Assembly (NCBI RefSeq): GCF_001194135.2
Contig: NC_068988.1
Location: 17,836,150 to 17,886,917 of the forward strand
Length of the DNA stretch: 50,768 nucleotides
Origin: Octopus bimaculoides
Lineage: Eukaryota
Reading direction: 5' to 3'
How positions within the stretch are numbered: the first letter of the stretch is position 1; each line of letters starts with the position of its first letter. The notes beneath the pieces were generated by a model. That model had not been told where the DNA came from. It searched no databases and saw only the letters and a program-made list of their open reading frames with translations. Of this stretch, positions 50,401 to 50,768 are shown piece by piece. Position numbers and translations under genes: made by a program.

Positions 50401-50555
50401 GAAAAAGAAAAGTTATCTTAGAAATTAAATCATCTTACGCTATTTTGTGATATTGATGGTCATGTGAATACTTATACATTGATTTATATTCACCACCTTC
50501 ATCAACATATATTGTAACATAATTCATGACGTACACACATACATATATATATGTT

Positions 50556-50594
<39 letters not shown>

Positions 50595-50632
50595 GCGTGT
50601 GTGCGTGTGTGTGTGCGTGTGTGTGTGTGTGC

Positions 50633-50681
<49 letters not shown>

Positions 50682-50768
50682 CAGGGTGTCCACAAAGTCT
50701 GGGTACATGGGTATTAACACACGATTTAAGAAATTATTATTTTTTATATTTAATTGTTTGTTATGATT
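50682..50768. mobile_element. Probable Tc1/mariner-type terminus, cut by the window end
   Basis: TA|CAGGGTGTCCACAAAGTCTGG resembles Tc1/mariner TIR starts; the partner TIR is not visible. Confidence 0.55.

Overview
AT-rich, repeat-dense eukaryotic genomic DNA from a gapped draft assembly (10 N-runs, mostly flanked by microsatellites). The microsatellite load and the tRNA-derived SINE families suggest a coleoid cephalopod, probably octopus; this is inference, not a database match. I recognise no host protein-coding gene, rRNA, intact tRNA or CRISPR array, so the window looks intergenic or deep-intronic. Nearly all listed ORFs are translations of microsatellites, SINEs or decayed transposons. 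Supportable content: (1) a ~3.5-kb Academ-like DNA transposon (7887-11421) with ~0.7-kb TIRs, a 3-bp ATT TSD and a decayed XPG/PIN-like nuclease, with a SINE nested in one TIR; (2) a mariner-derived MITE and a Tc1/mariner end; (3) fragments of RLE-type, RTE, CR1/L2-group and Penelope-like retroelements; (4) three SINE families plus a head-swapped variant, one of which occurs mostly in same-strand head-to-tail arrays; (5) three minimal hammerhead-ribozyme-like motifs with palindromic stem III and non-canonical cores; (6) several unexplained diverged local repeats. Boundaries of decayed copies are approximate, read by eye.
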